In this document: positions 1 to 8,126 of the stretch, in pieces
How positions within the stretch are numbered: the stretch's first letter is position 1
Layout: every line of letters starts with the position of its first letter
From: Planctomycetota bacterium
GTDB lineage: Bacteria > Planctomycetota > SZUA-567 > H5-PLA8
Length of the DNA: 34,115 nt
Assembly (NCBI GenBank): GCA_045863855.1
Contig: BTVV01000064.1
Location: 1 to 34,115, forward strand
Reading direction: 5' to 3'
Made by a program: the position numbers and the translations under genes
Notes under the pieces: model-generated
Told to the model about the DNA's origin: nothing
Database searches by the model: none
Seen by the model: only the letters and a program-made list of their open reading frames with translations

Positions 1-258
1 CAGGAAATCGATCGCGCAGGGGATGATCCACCAGTAGATTTGGGTGAGCAGCAAGACGCTCGCCGCCACGCACGCGATTTCCAGCGGCATGCGCTTCATC
101 CAACCCCAACCTACGAAGATGTAGAAGACCGCCGCTACTCCGAGCAGACTCTTCAGCATCGCCCATGCGGTGTAGCGCAACCAGCCGAGGGCGCGCCAGC
201 GTTCTAGTTTGGCGATCTGTGGCGCGTACCGCACGGGCCAGGATTGGTTGGGGTCCAT
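1..258 (-). CDS. Membrane protein, hypothetical (partial, runs off window start)
   Basis: Manual translation, not in ORF track: MDPNQSWPVRYAPQIAKLERWRALGWLRYTAWAMLKSLLGVAAVFYIFVGWGWMKRMPLEIACVAASVLLLTQIYWWIIPCAIDFL..., with two hydrophobic segments; good promoter directly upstream. Confidence 0.65.
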   Translation of the reverse strand, partial: MDPNQSWPVRYAPQIAKLERWRALGWLRYTAWAMLKSLLGVAAVFYIFVGWGWMKRMPLEIACVAASVLLLTQIYWWIIPCAIDFL

Positions 259-264
259 ATCGTC

Positions 265-293
265 ATCTAACCGCTGAGGGCGCAAAAGGTCAA
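265..293 (-). promoter_or_regulatory. Sigma70-like promoter TTGACC-17-TTAGAT, 6 nt before ATG 258 (leaderless-type)
   Basis: Near-consensus -35, 17-nt spacer, no Shine-Dalgarno. Confidence 0.55.
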
Positions 294-313
294 CGATGTG
301 GCGGCGGGGGCGC

Positions 314-1744
314 CTACTTCCCCGTCAGCTTCGCGCGGGTGGCGGCGAGGTGGGATTCGACTTCGGCGAGGAGGGGTTGGAGGCTGGCGGTGAGGGGTTG
401 GATGTGCGATTCGAGGGACGGCTGCGCGTCGCAGAGCGCTCGGAGCGAGGCTTGGGCGAAGCGGGCGCCGCGGAGCGCGCGCTTGAACTGAACGAGTCGC
501 TGGCCGAGGTCGATCCAGTCGGGCTGGTCGGGGTCGTCGTCGCCGATCTGCGAGAGCGCTTGGGCGAGGCCGCCGGAGAGTTCGAGGACGCAGCGCCCGG
601 CCTGGTGCAGGAAGCGGTCGGCCGGGAGGCGCGGGTTCTCTTCGAGGCTCAGGAGCGCCAGCGTCAGTTCGGATGCCGCTTCGAGGAGCGGGTGGCGGTA
701 GCGGCGGCGCGCGCGGCGGCGCGCGAGGCGTTCGTTCGCGTCGGCTTCGGAGGATTCGGCGGCTTCGTTACCGTCCTCCTCATCGTCGTCGGCGTCCTCC
801 TCATCCTCGTCCAGGGCTTCCGAGTCGTCCGCATCGTCTTCGTCGTCGAGCAGGTCGTCGTCTTCGTCGTCGGCGAAGAAGCCGTCGGCGTCGGCGCCGT
901 CCTCGGCTTCGGCTTCGCCGGTCCAGGCCGGTTCGGGCGGCGCGTCTTCTTCGGGAAAGGCCCAGTCGTGGCGCGCGGGCTGGACGCCGGCCTGCATATC
1001 GGGGACGGGCCCGAGTCCGGCGTCGTGGAGCGCGTCTTCGAAGGCGGGTTCGTCTTCCTGTCCGTTGAGGAGGCGTTCGTCCATGGCGCGGCTGAGGCGT
1101 TCGCGGCGGCGTTCGTTCTCGCGGTAGGCTTCGTCCCAGGCGCTTTCGCTGCGCAGGCGGATTTCGTCTTCGCCGCCGTCGGGGGTGCTGAAGGTGACGG
1201 GCGGATGTTCGGCGGGCCGCGCGAGGACGTCGCGGATGCGCGCGCGCAGGGCATCGAGGGCGCTTTCGTCGAGGGCCGGTTCGAGGCGTCCGGCGGCCTC
1301 GCGGGCGTTGCGCAGATCGGCGTAGTTTCCGGTGTTCGCGTAGCCTGTGGGGTCGTCGAGTTCGAGGTCGGCCAAAAACGTCCCGCCCAGCGCGCGTAGG
1401 GTTTCGACGAGGGCCACGTGCGCGGGCAGCGGCGCATAGGACGTGCGCACGCTCACCCAAGGCGGCTCGGGGAGCGCTCCGCCCCACGCCAAGTCGAGAT
1501 GTTCTTCGCCCACCAGTTCGCCTTCGGGGCTGATCTGGAGCGGGATGCTGTCGAGTCCGGGCCAGAGGTCGAGCAGGACGCCGCGGACGAGGCGCTTGGG
1601 ATCGGGATGTTCGCGCGACGGCCCCAAGCGATGGAAGTGGGCGATGCCGCTCACGGCGAAGGCCAGTTCGAGGACGCGGTCCTCGAGGGACTCCAGGCGG
1701 TCGAAGCGGGCGAGCCGGCCGCGGAAACGCAGTGCGACGGACAT
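314..1744 (-). CDS. Hypothetical protein (476 aa): globular N-domain, long Asp/Glu tract, Arg block, helical C-domain
   Basis: Protein-like composition; N-domain resembles uncharacterised Planctomycete-type proteins (from memory, not searched); acidic low-complexity region DDEDDDLLDDEDDADD. Confidence 0.8.
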   Translation of the reverse strand: MSVALRFRGRLARFDRLESLEDRVLELAFAVSGIAHFHRLGPSREHPDPKRLVRGVLLDLWPGLDSIPLQISPEGELVGEEHLDLAWGGALPEPPWVSVRTSYAPLPAHVALVETLRALGGTFLADLELDDPTGYANTGNYADLRNAREAAGRLEPALDESALDALRARIRDVLARPAEHPPVTFSTPDGGEDEIRLRSESAWDEAYRENERRRERLSRAMDERLLNGQEDEPAFEDALHDAGLGPVPDMQAGVQPARHDWAFPEEDAPPEPAWTGEAEAEDGADADGFFADDEDDDLLDDEDDADDSEALDEDEEDADDDEEDGNEAAESSEADANERLARRRARRRYRHPLLEAASELTLALLSLEENPRLPADRFLHQAGRCVLELSGGLAQALSQIGDDDPDQPDWIDLGQRLVQFKRALRGARFAQASLRALCDAQPSLESHIQPLTASLQPLLAEVESHLAATRAKLTGK

Positions 1745-1750
1745 GCGCCC

Positions 1751-1778
1751 ATGTTCGCCGTATCGGGCGGTAGGGCAA
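1751..1778 (-). promoter_or_regulatory. Putative promoter TTGCCC-16-GAACAT, 6 nt before ATG 1744
   Basis: Spacing and position; same ATGGGCGCATG start context as the gene at 30115. Confidence 0.35.
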
Positions 1779-1933
1779 GCGAAGGGGAGCGCGGGGGGAG
1801 CGGAAAGGGAAGCTCAGGCCGGCGGGCGGGGGGCGCGCCGCTCCTGCGCCATATAAGGAGGGGATTCCCGGCAGTAGCCAGAAGGCGAGAAGCGACCTAT
1901 GCTGTATAGACGTCTCGTTGCGGAGCAGCCGGC

Positions 1934-4930
1934 ATGGCGGAGAACCAAGGCACCACCGCGCGTCCCCGGATCCTGGCGGGGTTCGAGGTGCTGGAAAAGA
2001 TCGGCCAAGGCAACATGGGCGCGGTCTTCAAGGCGCGGCAGATCTCGATGGACCGCGAGGTGGCGCTGAAGATCCTGCCGCCGAAGGTCGCGCAGGATCC
2101 GGGCTTCATCGAGCGTTTTCTGCGCGAAGCGCGCGCGAGCGGGCAGCTCAATCATCCCAACATCGTCCAGGGCATCGACGCGGGCTTCGACAAGCCTTCG
2201 GGGCTGTACTACTTCGCGATGGAGTACATCGACGGTCCTTCGCTGAAGACGGTGCTGAAGGAGAAGGGCAAGCTTCCGGAGTCCGAGGTGCGCAAGATCG
2301 CTCAGGAGATGGGCGAAGCGCTGAAGACGGCCGAGGCGCAGGGGCTGGTGCACCGGGACATCAAGCCCGACAACATCCTGCTGACGACGCGCGGCGCGGC
2401 GAAGCTTGCGGATCTGGGCCTGGCCAAGAAGATCGAAGGCGAAGGCGAAGAAGAGGCGGAACTGACGCAGGCCGGGAAGGCGGTGGGCACGCCGTTTTAC
2501 ATGGCGCCCGAACAGATCCGCGGCCAGAACGACCAGATCGATATCCGCACCGATTTCTACGCGCTGGGCGCGACGCTCTTTCATTTGGTCACCGGCGAAG
2601 CGCCGTTCAAGGGCGGGACGGCGGCCGAGATCATGGCCAAGCATTTGACGGAAAAAATCCCGCTGGCGCATCAGTGCGCCGAAGGCGTCAGCGAACCGTT
2701 CAGCCGGCTGCTGAGCGAGATGATGCAGAAAGAGAAGTCGAAACGGCCGGAGTCGACGGCGGCGTTCCTGGACCGGCTGAGCAAACTGGACGCCTCGCGC
2801 AGCGGCGGACGCTGGGCGACGACGGGTCCGCGCGCGCCGATCGGGGCGGGGAAGGGCACGACGGGTCCGCGCAAGCCGTTGGGGCGCACGACGCTGGGCA
2901 TGCAGCCGATCCGGGTGCCGGGCGAAGAGCCGGTCACGCCGCGGGCGTCTAAGCCGCCGGTGGCGGTGTACGTGGCCGGCGGCGCGGTGCTGCTGCTGGG
3001 ACTGGCGGCGTTGTTCATGAGCGGCCGCGGCGAACCGGCGGACGGGAAAGCGAAGACGGCCAAGCTTCCGCAGCCGGTCGTTCAGCCTCCGCGCGAGTCG
3101 CCGCAGCCGGTGAGCCGCTCGCCCGACGGGCCGGCCTCGAAAGCGTCGCCCGCGGCGCCGGCGGCGAACGACAAACTGGTGCGCGACTGGCAGCGCGCGC
3201 AGGATTACGCGCGCGAGCATCCCGATTCGTTCGCGAGCCTGGCCGACCGCTATGCGAAGGTGATCGAGGCGGCGCAGGGCGATCCGGCGGGAGCGGAGAT
3301 CGCGGCTCAGGCGCTGGCGGCGCGCGAGGCCTTGAATCCGCGCTGGGCTACGGCGGCGGAAGCGGCCTGGGTGGCGCTGGCGGCGCAGGTGGCCGAGCAG
3401 CGCGCGCAGAACAAGTACGATCCGGCGCTGAAGGCGCTCAATGCGCCGCCGCGCGATTTCCGCGAACGGCTGGCCGAACGCGCGGAGGCGTTGAGCACGG
3501 AATTGAAGGCCGAAGCCGACGCGAAGGCGGAGGCTCTGGCTGGAAAAGCCAAGGCGGCGCTGGAGGCCGCGGACTTCGAGGCGGCCGACGCGGCCCTCGC
3601 CGAAGCGGCGCTGGTCGATTATGCGCCGTTGGAGCAGCAGATCCGAAGCATCAAAAAGGACTTGGCGACCGCGCGGAAGGCCGAGAACGCGGAGGCCGCG
3701 AAGCAGCTTGCCGCGGCCAAGCAGGCTTGGGCGGGGGCGCTGGCGAAGTTCGACGCGGCGGCGCTGGATGCGGGCGATACGGAGGCCGCGCGCCGCGCCG
3801 CGGAAGGCATCGTGAAAGATCCGGCGCTGGCGTTGCTGGAAGCCGAGCGCGGCGCGCTGCAGGGCGTGGCCGAAACCTTCGGGAAGTTGAAGGAACGCGA
3901 GCGCGCGGAACTGGCCAAGCTGGTGGGGCAGCAGGTCGATTGGACGGTGAAGGGCGAGAAGCTGAGCGGGAAGGTGCGCGAGGTCCGGGCCGATGCGGTG
4001 GTTCTGGATGCGCAGATGCGCGGGGCGAACCTGGAGCTTCCGGTCAAGCTGAGCGATCTGGCCGAAGCCGAACGGGCGAAGTTCATTCCGAAGCTCGACC
4101 CGCAGGGTCCGGCGGAGCAGGTTGCCGCGGCGATTTTGAAACTCAAGAAAGGCGCGGAGGATGCGCCCGGCGCGCGCGCGCTGCTGGAAGCGGCGTCCGC
4201 TTCGCCGCTGGCGGCGCATTACCTCGCGAAGGTGAAGGCGCTGGAACTGGGCGCGAAGGGTATGGCCGCGGAGGCCGCGCTGAAGGAGTTTCTCGCGAAG
4301 GCCGAAGCCGAGGCCAAGCCGACGCCCGACCGCGCGAAGGAACTGCTGCTGGAATTGGCGAACCTGCGCGCCGAGCACGCGGGGACCGCGCCGCTGAAGG
4401 CGCAGGCCGGGGCGCTCAAACGGCAGGAAGAGCGGCTGCAGACGGCGGCGGCGTTGCCGACGGCGGCGGACCTGGCGCTGGCAGCGAAGAGCGTGCTGAA
4501 GAACGGCGGCTTCGAAGGCAACGGGCTGGAAGGCTGGCGCATCCGCACCGATCACCCCGACCGGATCAAGCACGTCACCGACGGCGCGCACGGCGGGAAA
4601 GGCGCGGTGAGTCTGGTCGCGGGGCCGCAGAAGGACAAATTCGACCAAGGCAGCCCCGTGGAGGCGAACAAGGTTTACGCGGTAAGCATGTGGGTAAAGG
4701 TGCTGAAAGCGGAAGGGAATGAAACCATCAGCGCGGGCTATGGGAGCAAAGGGCAGAATCATACTATCGTTAAGTTGCCGAGCGGCCCCATCGGGCAGTG
4801 GCAGAAGGTGACGTTCGAGCATACGCCGTCGCAGACCTGGTGTACGCTCTGGTTCGACTTGCGGTTGAGAGAGAAAGGCAGTGCATACGAGTTCATGGTG
4901 GACGACGTGGTGGTGGTGGAGAAGGAATAG
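1934..4930 (+). CDS. Transmembrane Hanks-type Ser/Thr protein kinase with extracytoplasmic helical region, SHD1-like module and C-terminal carbohydrate-binding-module-like (CBM4/9-type) domain
   Basis: IGQGNMGAVF, VALKIL, HRDIKPDNIL, DLG, GTPFYMAPEQ, DFYALG; TM VAVYVAGGAVLLLGLAALFM; C-terminal LKNGGFE...W...VDDVVV beta-sandwich signature; GGAG upstream. Confidence 0.95.
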   Translation: MAENQGTTARPRILAGFEVLEKIGQGNMGAVFKARQISMDREVALKILPPKVAQDPGFIERFLREARASGQLNHPNIVQGIDAGFDKPSGLYYFAMEYIDGPSLKTVLKEKGKLPESEVRKIAQEMGEALKTAEAQGLVHRDIKPDNILLTTRGAAKLADLGLAKKIEGEGEEEAELTQAGKAVGTPFYMAPEQIRGQNDQIDIRTDFYALGATLFHLVTGEAPFKGGTAAEIMAKHLTEKIPLAHQCAEGVSEPFSRLLSEMMQKEKSKRPESTAAFLDRLSKLDASRSGGRWATTGPRAPIGAGKGTTGPRKPLGRTTLGMQPIRVPGEEPVTPRASKPPVAVYVAGGAVLLLGLAALFMSGRGEPADGKAKTAKLPQPVVQPPRESPQPVSRSPDGPASKASPAAPAANDKLVRDWQRAQDYAREHPDSFASLADRYAKVIEAAQGDPAGAEIAAQALAAREALNPRWATAAEAAWVALAAQVAEQRAQNKYDPALKALNAPPRDFRERLAERAEALSTELKAEADAKAEALAGKAKAALEAADFEAADAALAEAALVDYAPLEQQIRSIKKDLATARKAENAEAAKQLAAAKQAWAGALAKFDAAALDAGDTEAARRAAEGIVKDPALALLEAERGALQGVAETFGKLKERERAELAKLVGQQVDWTVKGEKLSGKVREVRADAVVLDAQMRGANLELPVKLSDLAEAERAKFIPKLDPQGPAEQVAAAILKLKKGAEDAPGARALLEAASASPLAAHYLAKVKALELGAKGMAAEAALKEFLAKAEAEAKPTPDRAKELLLELANLRAEHAGTAPLKAQAGALKRQEERLQTAAALPTAADLALAAKSVLKNGGFEGNGLEGWRIRTDHPDRIKHVTDGAHGGKGAVSLVAGPQKDKFDQGSPVEANKVYAVSMWVKVLKAEGNETISAGYGSKGQNHTIVKLPSGPIGQWQKVTFEHTPSQTWCTLWFDLRLREKGSAYEFMVDDVVVVEKE

Positions 4931-4983
4931 GGTGTTCTGATTACGGGTATTGGATTGATCGGTGTAGGTCTGGGTGCTTTCCC

Positions 4984-5001
4984 TTCTTCTTCTTCTTCTT
5001 C
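4984..5001. repeat. (TTC)6 microsatellite between convergent genes
   Basis: ttcttcttcttcttcttc read directly. Confidence 0.85.
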
Positions 5002-5027
5002 TCGAATTGTTTAGTGAATGGGACCTT

Positions 5028-5062
5028 GCGTGAAGCGGCCGCGAATGCTGGCCGCTTCACGC
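5028..5062. terminator. 13-bp perfect stem-loop between convergent kinase and sigma-phosphoesterase genes
   Basis: GCGTGAAGCGGCC-9 nt-GGCCGCTTCACGC; no clear U-tract. Confidence 0.6.
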
Positions 5063-5073
5063 GGTGTGTGCCC

Positions 5074-5799
5074 TTACACGCCGGTTAGAATGCGCTCGGC
5101 GATCTTGACGGGCAATCCGGCGGCTTTGATGCGGCGGCAGGATTCTTGGGTGTCGTAGGCGGTGCGGCGGAAGGACATTTCGCGCGAGGCGGTGTCGTAG
5201 AGGACCCAGCACGCGCGCGGATCGCGGTCGCGGGGCTGGCCCACGGAGCCGACGTTGACGATGGTCTTCACGTTGGGGTCGATCGTAATCGACGGCTCCC
5301 GGCTGCCTCGAAACGGGAGTTCGTTGAAGGCGACGAGCGGGATGTGCGTGTGCGCGACGAAGGCGAGATTGACGGGAAGCGCGGGGAAGGCTTCCTGAAA
5401 CGACTCTGGGGAAAGCAGGTACTGCAGGAACTCCTTTCCGGCGACGGGGCTCGCGTGCGCGAAGAAGATTCCGTGCTCGTTCAGCGTGAGCGGGAGGGTT
5501 TCGATCCACTGTCGCTCGTCGGGCCCCAGCGCTCCGAGGGTGAAGAACCCGCAATTCCGGGCGAACGGGTTAAATTCGTCGAGCATCGACGGGTTCAGGA
5601 CCGTCGCTTCGTGATTCCCGCGCAAGACCGGCCAGCCGCGTTCGCGGATGCGTTGGATGCATTCGCGCGGCTGCGAGCCGTAGCTGATTACGTCGCCCAG
5701 GCAGTAGACGCGATCGGGCTTGGCCGCGTCGATCTCCTGCAGGACGGCGTCCAAGGCCGGCAGATTGGCGTGTACGCATCCGAAGACCGCGATTTTCAT
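5074..5799 (-). CDS. Metallophosphoesterase (YfcE/MJ0936-like) translated from an internal start
   Basis: Motifs (D>C)xH, GDVISYG, GNHE, FAH, HTH, NVGSVGQPRD; TAAGGAG-6 nt-ATG initiation site. Confidence 0.8.
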   Translation of the reverse strand: MKIAVFGCVHANLPALDAVLQEIDAAKPDRVYCLGDVISYGSQPRECIQRIRERGWPVLRGNHEATVLNPSMLDEFNPFARNCGFFTLGALGPDERQWIETLPLTLNEHGIFFAHASPVAGKEFLQYLLSPESFQEAFPALPVNLAFVAHTHIPLVAFNELPFRGSREPSITIDPNVKTIVNVGSVGQPRDRDPRACWVLYDTASREMSFRRTAYDTQESCRRIKAAGLPVKIAERILTGV

Positions 5800-6480
5800 G
5801 GCCTGCTCCTTAGGTTGAGTTCGTGCGCCGGCGGCCAGCGCCGGCCGTCCCGGCCGATCCAGCAGCCGTTTCACCGCGTGTACGAAGCGCTGCCGCTCCG
5901 GTAAATCCTCCGGCGGGTCGGCTTGAGCCGCCGCCGCCACTTCGCGTCTTCCGTCGAAGAGCCGCCGCTTCACCGTGCCCAGCGGAACTTCGAGAAAGCG
6001 CGCGATCGCTTCTTGGGGCAGCTCGTCCAGATAGAACAAGCTCAAGACCGCGCGCTTGCCTTCGTCCATCCGTTCCAGCGTCCGCTCCAGCCGTTCCAGC
6101 CATGGGTCGGGACCGTACGCTTCGGGCCCCAGGCCGGTCGGCATCCCGGCTTGCCACGCATCGGCCTGTTCGCGCAAGCCCCGCAGCGCCGCCCGCGCGC
6201 TCTGCTTGCCGCGCACCCAGCCGCGGCATTCGCGCCACGCGATCGACTTCAGCCAGGGCAGGAAGCGCGCCGGTTCCCGCAGGCCGTGCAGTTCGCGGTA
6301 CGCTTTGAGGAATACTTCCTGCGCCACGTCTTCGGCTTCGGGGTCGCCTTCCAGCAGATGCCGCGTGTAGCTCTTCACCAATTCGTTGTAGCGCAGGACC
6401 AAGTGCTCGAACGCCGCTCGCTCGCCGCGCAACGCCCGTTCGATCCATTCGGCGTCGAGGTCATCCGCTTCGAAGCTCAA
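5074..6480 (-). CDS. ECF RNA polymerase sigma factor fused in frame to calcineurin-like metallophosphoesterase
   Basis: Sigma2 AFEHLV...AEDVAQEVFLKAY...FLPWL; sigma4 AIARFLEVPLGTVKRRLFDGR; no stop before MKIAVFGCVHANL; probable TTG start 6480 with GGAG upstream (ORF-track start 6741 overlaps the sulfatase). Confidence 0.8.
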   Translation of the reverse strand: MSFEADDLDAEWIERALRGERAAFEHLVLRYNELVKSYTRHLLEGDPEAEDVAQEVFLKAYRELHGLREPARFLPWLKSIAWRECRGWVRGKQSARAALRGLREQADAWQAGMPTGLGPEAYGPDPWLERLERTLERMDEGKRAVLSLFYLDELPQEAIARFLEVPLGTVKRRLFDGRREVAAAAQADPPEDLPERQRFVHAVKRLLDRPGRPALAAGARTQPKEQAMKIAVFGCVHANLPALDAVLQEIDAAKPDRVYCLGDVISYGSQPRECIQRIRERGWPVLRGNHEATVLNPSMLDEFNPFARNCGFFTLGALGPDERQWIETLPLTLNEHGIFFAHASPVAGKEFLQYLLSPESFQEAFPALPVNLAFVAHTHIPLVAFNELPFRGSREPSITIDPNVKTIVNVGSVGQPRDRDPRACWVLYDTASREMSFRRTAYDTQESCRRIKAAGLPVKIAERILTGV

Positions 6481-6650
6481 GCCGCTCTCCGCCGTAGCAT
6501 AGGTGCATGGCCTCGCCGCTCCGTTCTGCCCCAAGGAGGCGCGAGCGCGCGAAAGGTTCGCGGATTCTACACGAAATTTTGTGCCGAACGTCCGCTGCGA
6601 AGCTCCGGCCCGCATTGGAAAATCAGGCCGCCGCGGGAGATACTGGAACG

Positions 6651-8105
6651 ATGCCGCGTCCGAATGTCGTGTATATTTTGGCCGACGACTTGGGTTACGG
6701 GGATCTGGGTTGCTACAACCCCGATTCCAAAATCCCCACACCGAACCTCGACCGCTTGGCCGCGCAAGGGCTGCGTTTCACCGACGCGCACGCGCCTTCG
6801 AGCGTCTGCACGCCGAGCCGGTATTCGATCCTGACGGGGCGCTACTGCTGGCGCACGCGCCTGAAGCAGGGCGTGCTCTGGCCCTGGGACCCGGCGCTGA
6901 TCGAGCCGGACCGGACGACGGTGGCGAGTTTCCTGCGCGCGCGAGGCTACCGCACGGCCTGCATCGGCAAGTGGCATCTCGGCTGGGACTGGCCCACGCT
7001 CGACGGCCGCCCGGCGGCGGACGGTGTCGGATACGGCGTGATGGAAGTAGCGAAGCGCCATGCGTTGAGCCGCAACATCGATTTCACGCGGCCGCTGCGC
7101 GGCGGTCCGGTGGACTGCGGCTTCGAGCGCTACTTCGGCCAGGATGTGCCGAACTTTCCGCCGTACGCCTGGATCGATCAGGACCGGCTGACGGCGCCGC
7201 CGAACCAGGAGAAGCCTGACGGGATGTTCGGTCTGCCCGGCCCGATGGCTCCGGGCTGGGAACTGGAAGCGGTGATGCCCGAGATCACCCGCCGCGCGGT
7301 GGAGTATCTGGAGGCCGCCGGCCCCGATCCGTTCTTTCTGTTCTTGCCGCTCACGGCTCCGCATACGCCGATCGTGCCGCTCGAACGCTTCAAGGGCCTC
7401 AGCGGCGCCGGCCCTTACGGCGATTTCGTCTGCGAAGTGGACTGGTGCGTGGGCGAAATCATGGACGCGCTGGAGCGGAAGGGGCTGGCGGGGAACACGC
7501 TGCTGATCGTCACCAGCGACAACGGTCCTGAACATTCCGCGTACCCACGCGCACTCGAACACCGCCACTACAGCATGCACGGCTGGCGCGGCCTCAAGCG
7601 CGATACCTGGGAAGGCGGGCACCGCGTGCCGCTTCTCGCGCGCTGGCCGGGCGTCGCGCCGTCCGGGAAGGTGTGCGCGCGGCTGGCCAGCCTCGGCGAT
7701 CTCCTCGCCACTTGCGCTGATTTGCTGGGCGAGGCGCTTCCGGCCGGCGCGGGCGAAGACAGCGTCAGCATCCTGCCGCTTCTGCGCGGCGCGGATGCGG
7801 AGGTCCGCGGCTTTGCGGTGCATCACAGCGCGAGCGGCAAGTTCGCGTTGCGTCGAGGCGAGTGGGTTTTCATCGACGCGCCGAGCGGCGACGACAACCG
7901 GGAGCCGGATTGGTTGAAGGCCGAACGCGGCTACTCTGCGCACGGGCATCCCGGCGAGTTGTTCAACCTGGCCGAAGATCCCGCGGAGCGGTGCAATCGC
8001 TACGCCGAACGCCCCGATCTGGTGCGGGAACTCTCCGCGCAGCTTGAACAAATTAAGAACGGGACGCGGGCAAGCGGTGCGCCCGCGTGTGACGTGTCCG
8101 AATAA
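6651..8105 (+). CDS. Arylsulfatase (formylglycine-dependent S1 sulfatase), no signal peptide
   Basis: PNVVYILADDLGYGD, CTPSRYSILTGR, GKWHLG, SDNG, EGGHRVP; GGGAGA RBS before ATG 6651. Confidence 0.95.
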   Translation: MPRPNVVYILADDLGYGDLGCYNPDSKIPTPNLDRLAAQGLRFTDAHAPSSVCTPSRYSILTGRYCWRTRLKQGVLWPWDPALIEPDRTTVASFLRARGYRTACIGKWHLGWDWPTLDGRPAADGVGYGVMEVAKRHALSRNIDFTRPLRGGPVDCGFERYFGQDVPNFPPYAWIDQDRLTAPPNQEKPDGMFGLPGPMAPGWELEAVMPEITRRAVEYLEAAGPDPFFLFLPLTAPHTPIVPLERFKGLSGAGPYGDFVCEVDWCVGEIMDALERKGLAGNTLLIVTSDNGPEHSAYPRALEHRHYSMHGWRGLKRDTWEGGHRVPLLARWPGVAPSGKVCARLASLGDLLATCADLLGEALPAGAGEDSVSILPLLRGADAEVRGFAVHHSASGKFALRRGEWVFIDAPSGDDNREPDWLKAERGYSAHGHPGELFNLAEDPAERCNRYAERPDLVRELSAQLEQIKNGTRASGAPACDVSE

Positions 8106-8126
8106 GTCCGCCGCGAATTCGCAGCG

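Noticed and set aside
1814..4822. 1002-aa antisense ORF over the kinase, and similar long shadow ORFs (296..1399, 6567..8051, 8902..10797, 21762..22967, 24390..25493)
   Set aside because: Arg/Gly-rich, motif-free shadows expected from high GC3 coding on the other strand or frame
4480..5070. Diversity-generating retroelement target at the kinase C-terminus
   Set aside because: No template repeat or reverse transcriptase in the window, and the domain is not an obvious C-type lectin/FGE fold; retained only as a composition anomaly
6481..6741. Apparent overlap of extended sigma and sulfatase ORFs on opposite strands
   Set aside because: Both have better downstream starts with RBS (6480 and 6651), leaving a normal divergent spacer
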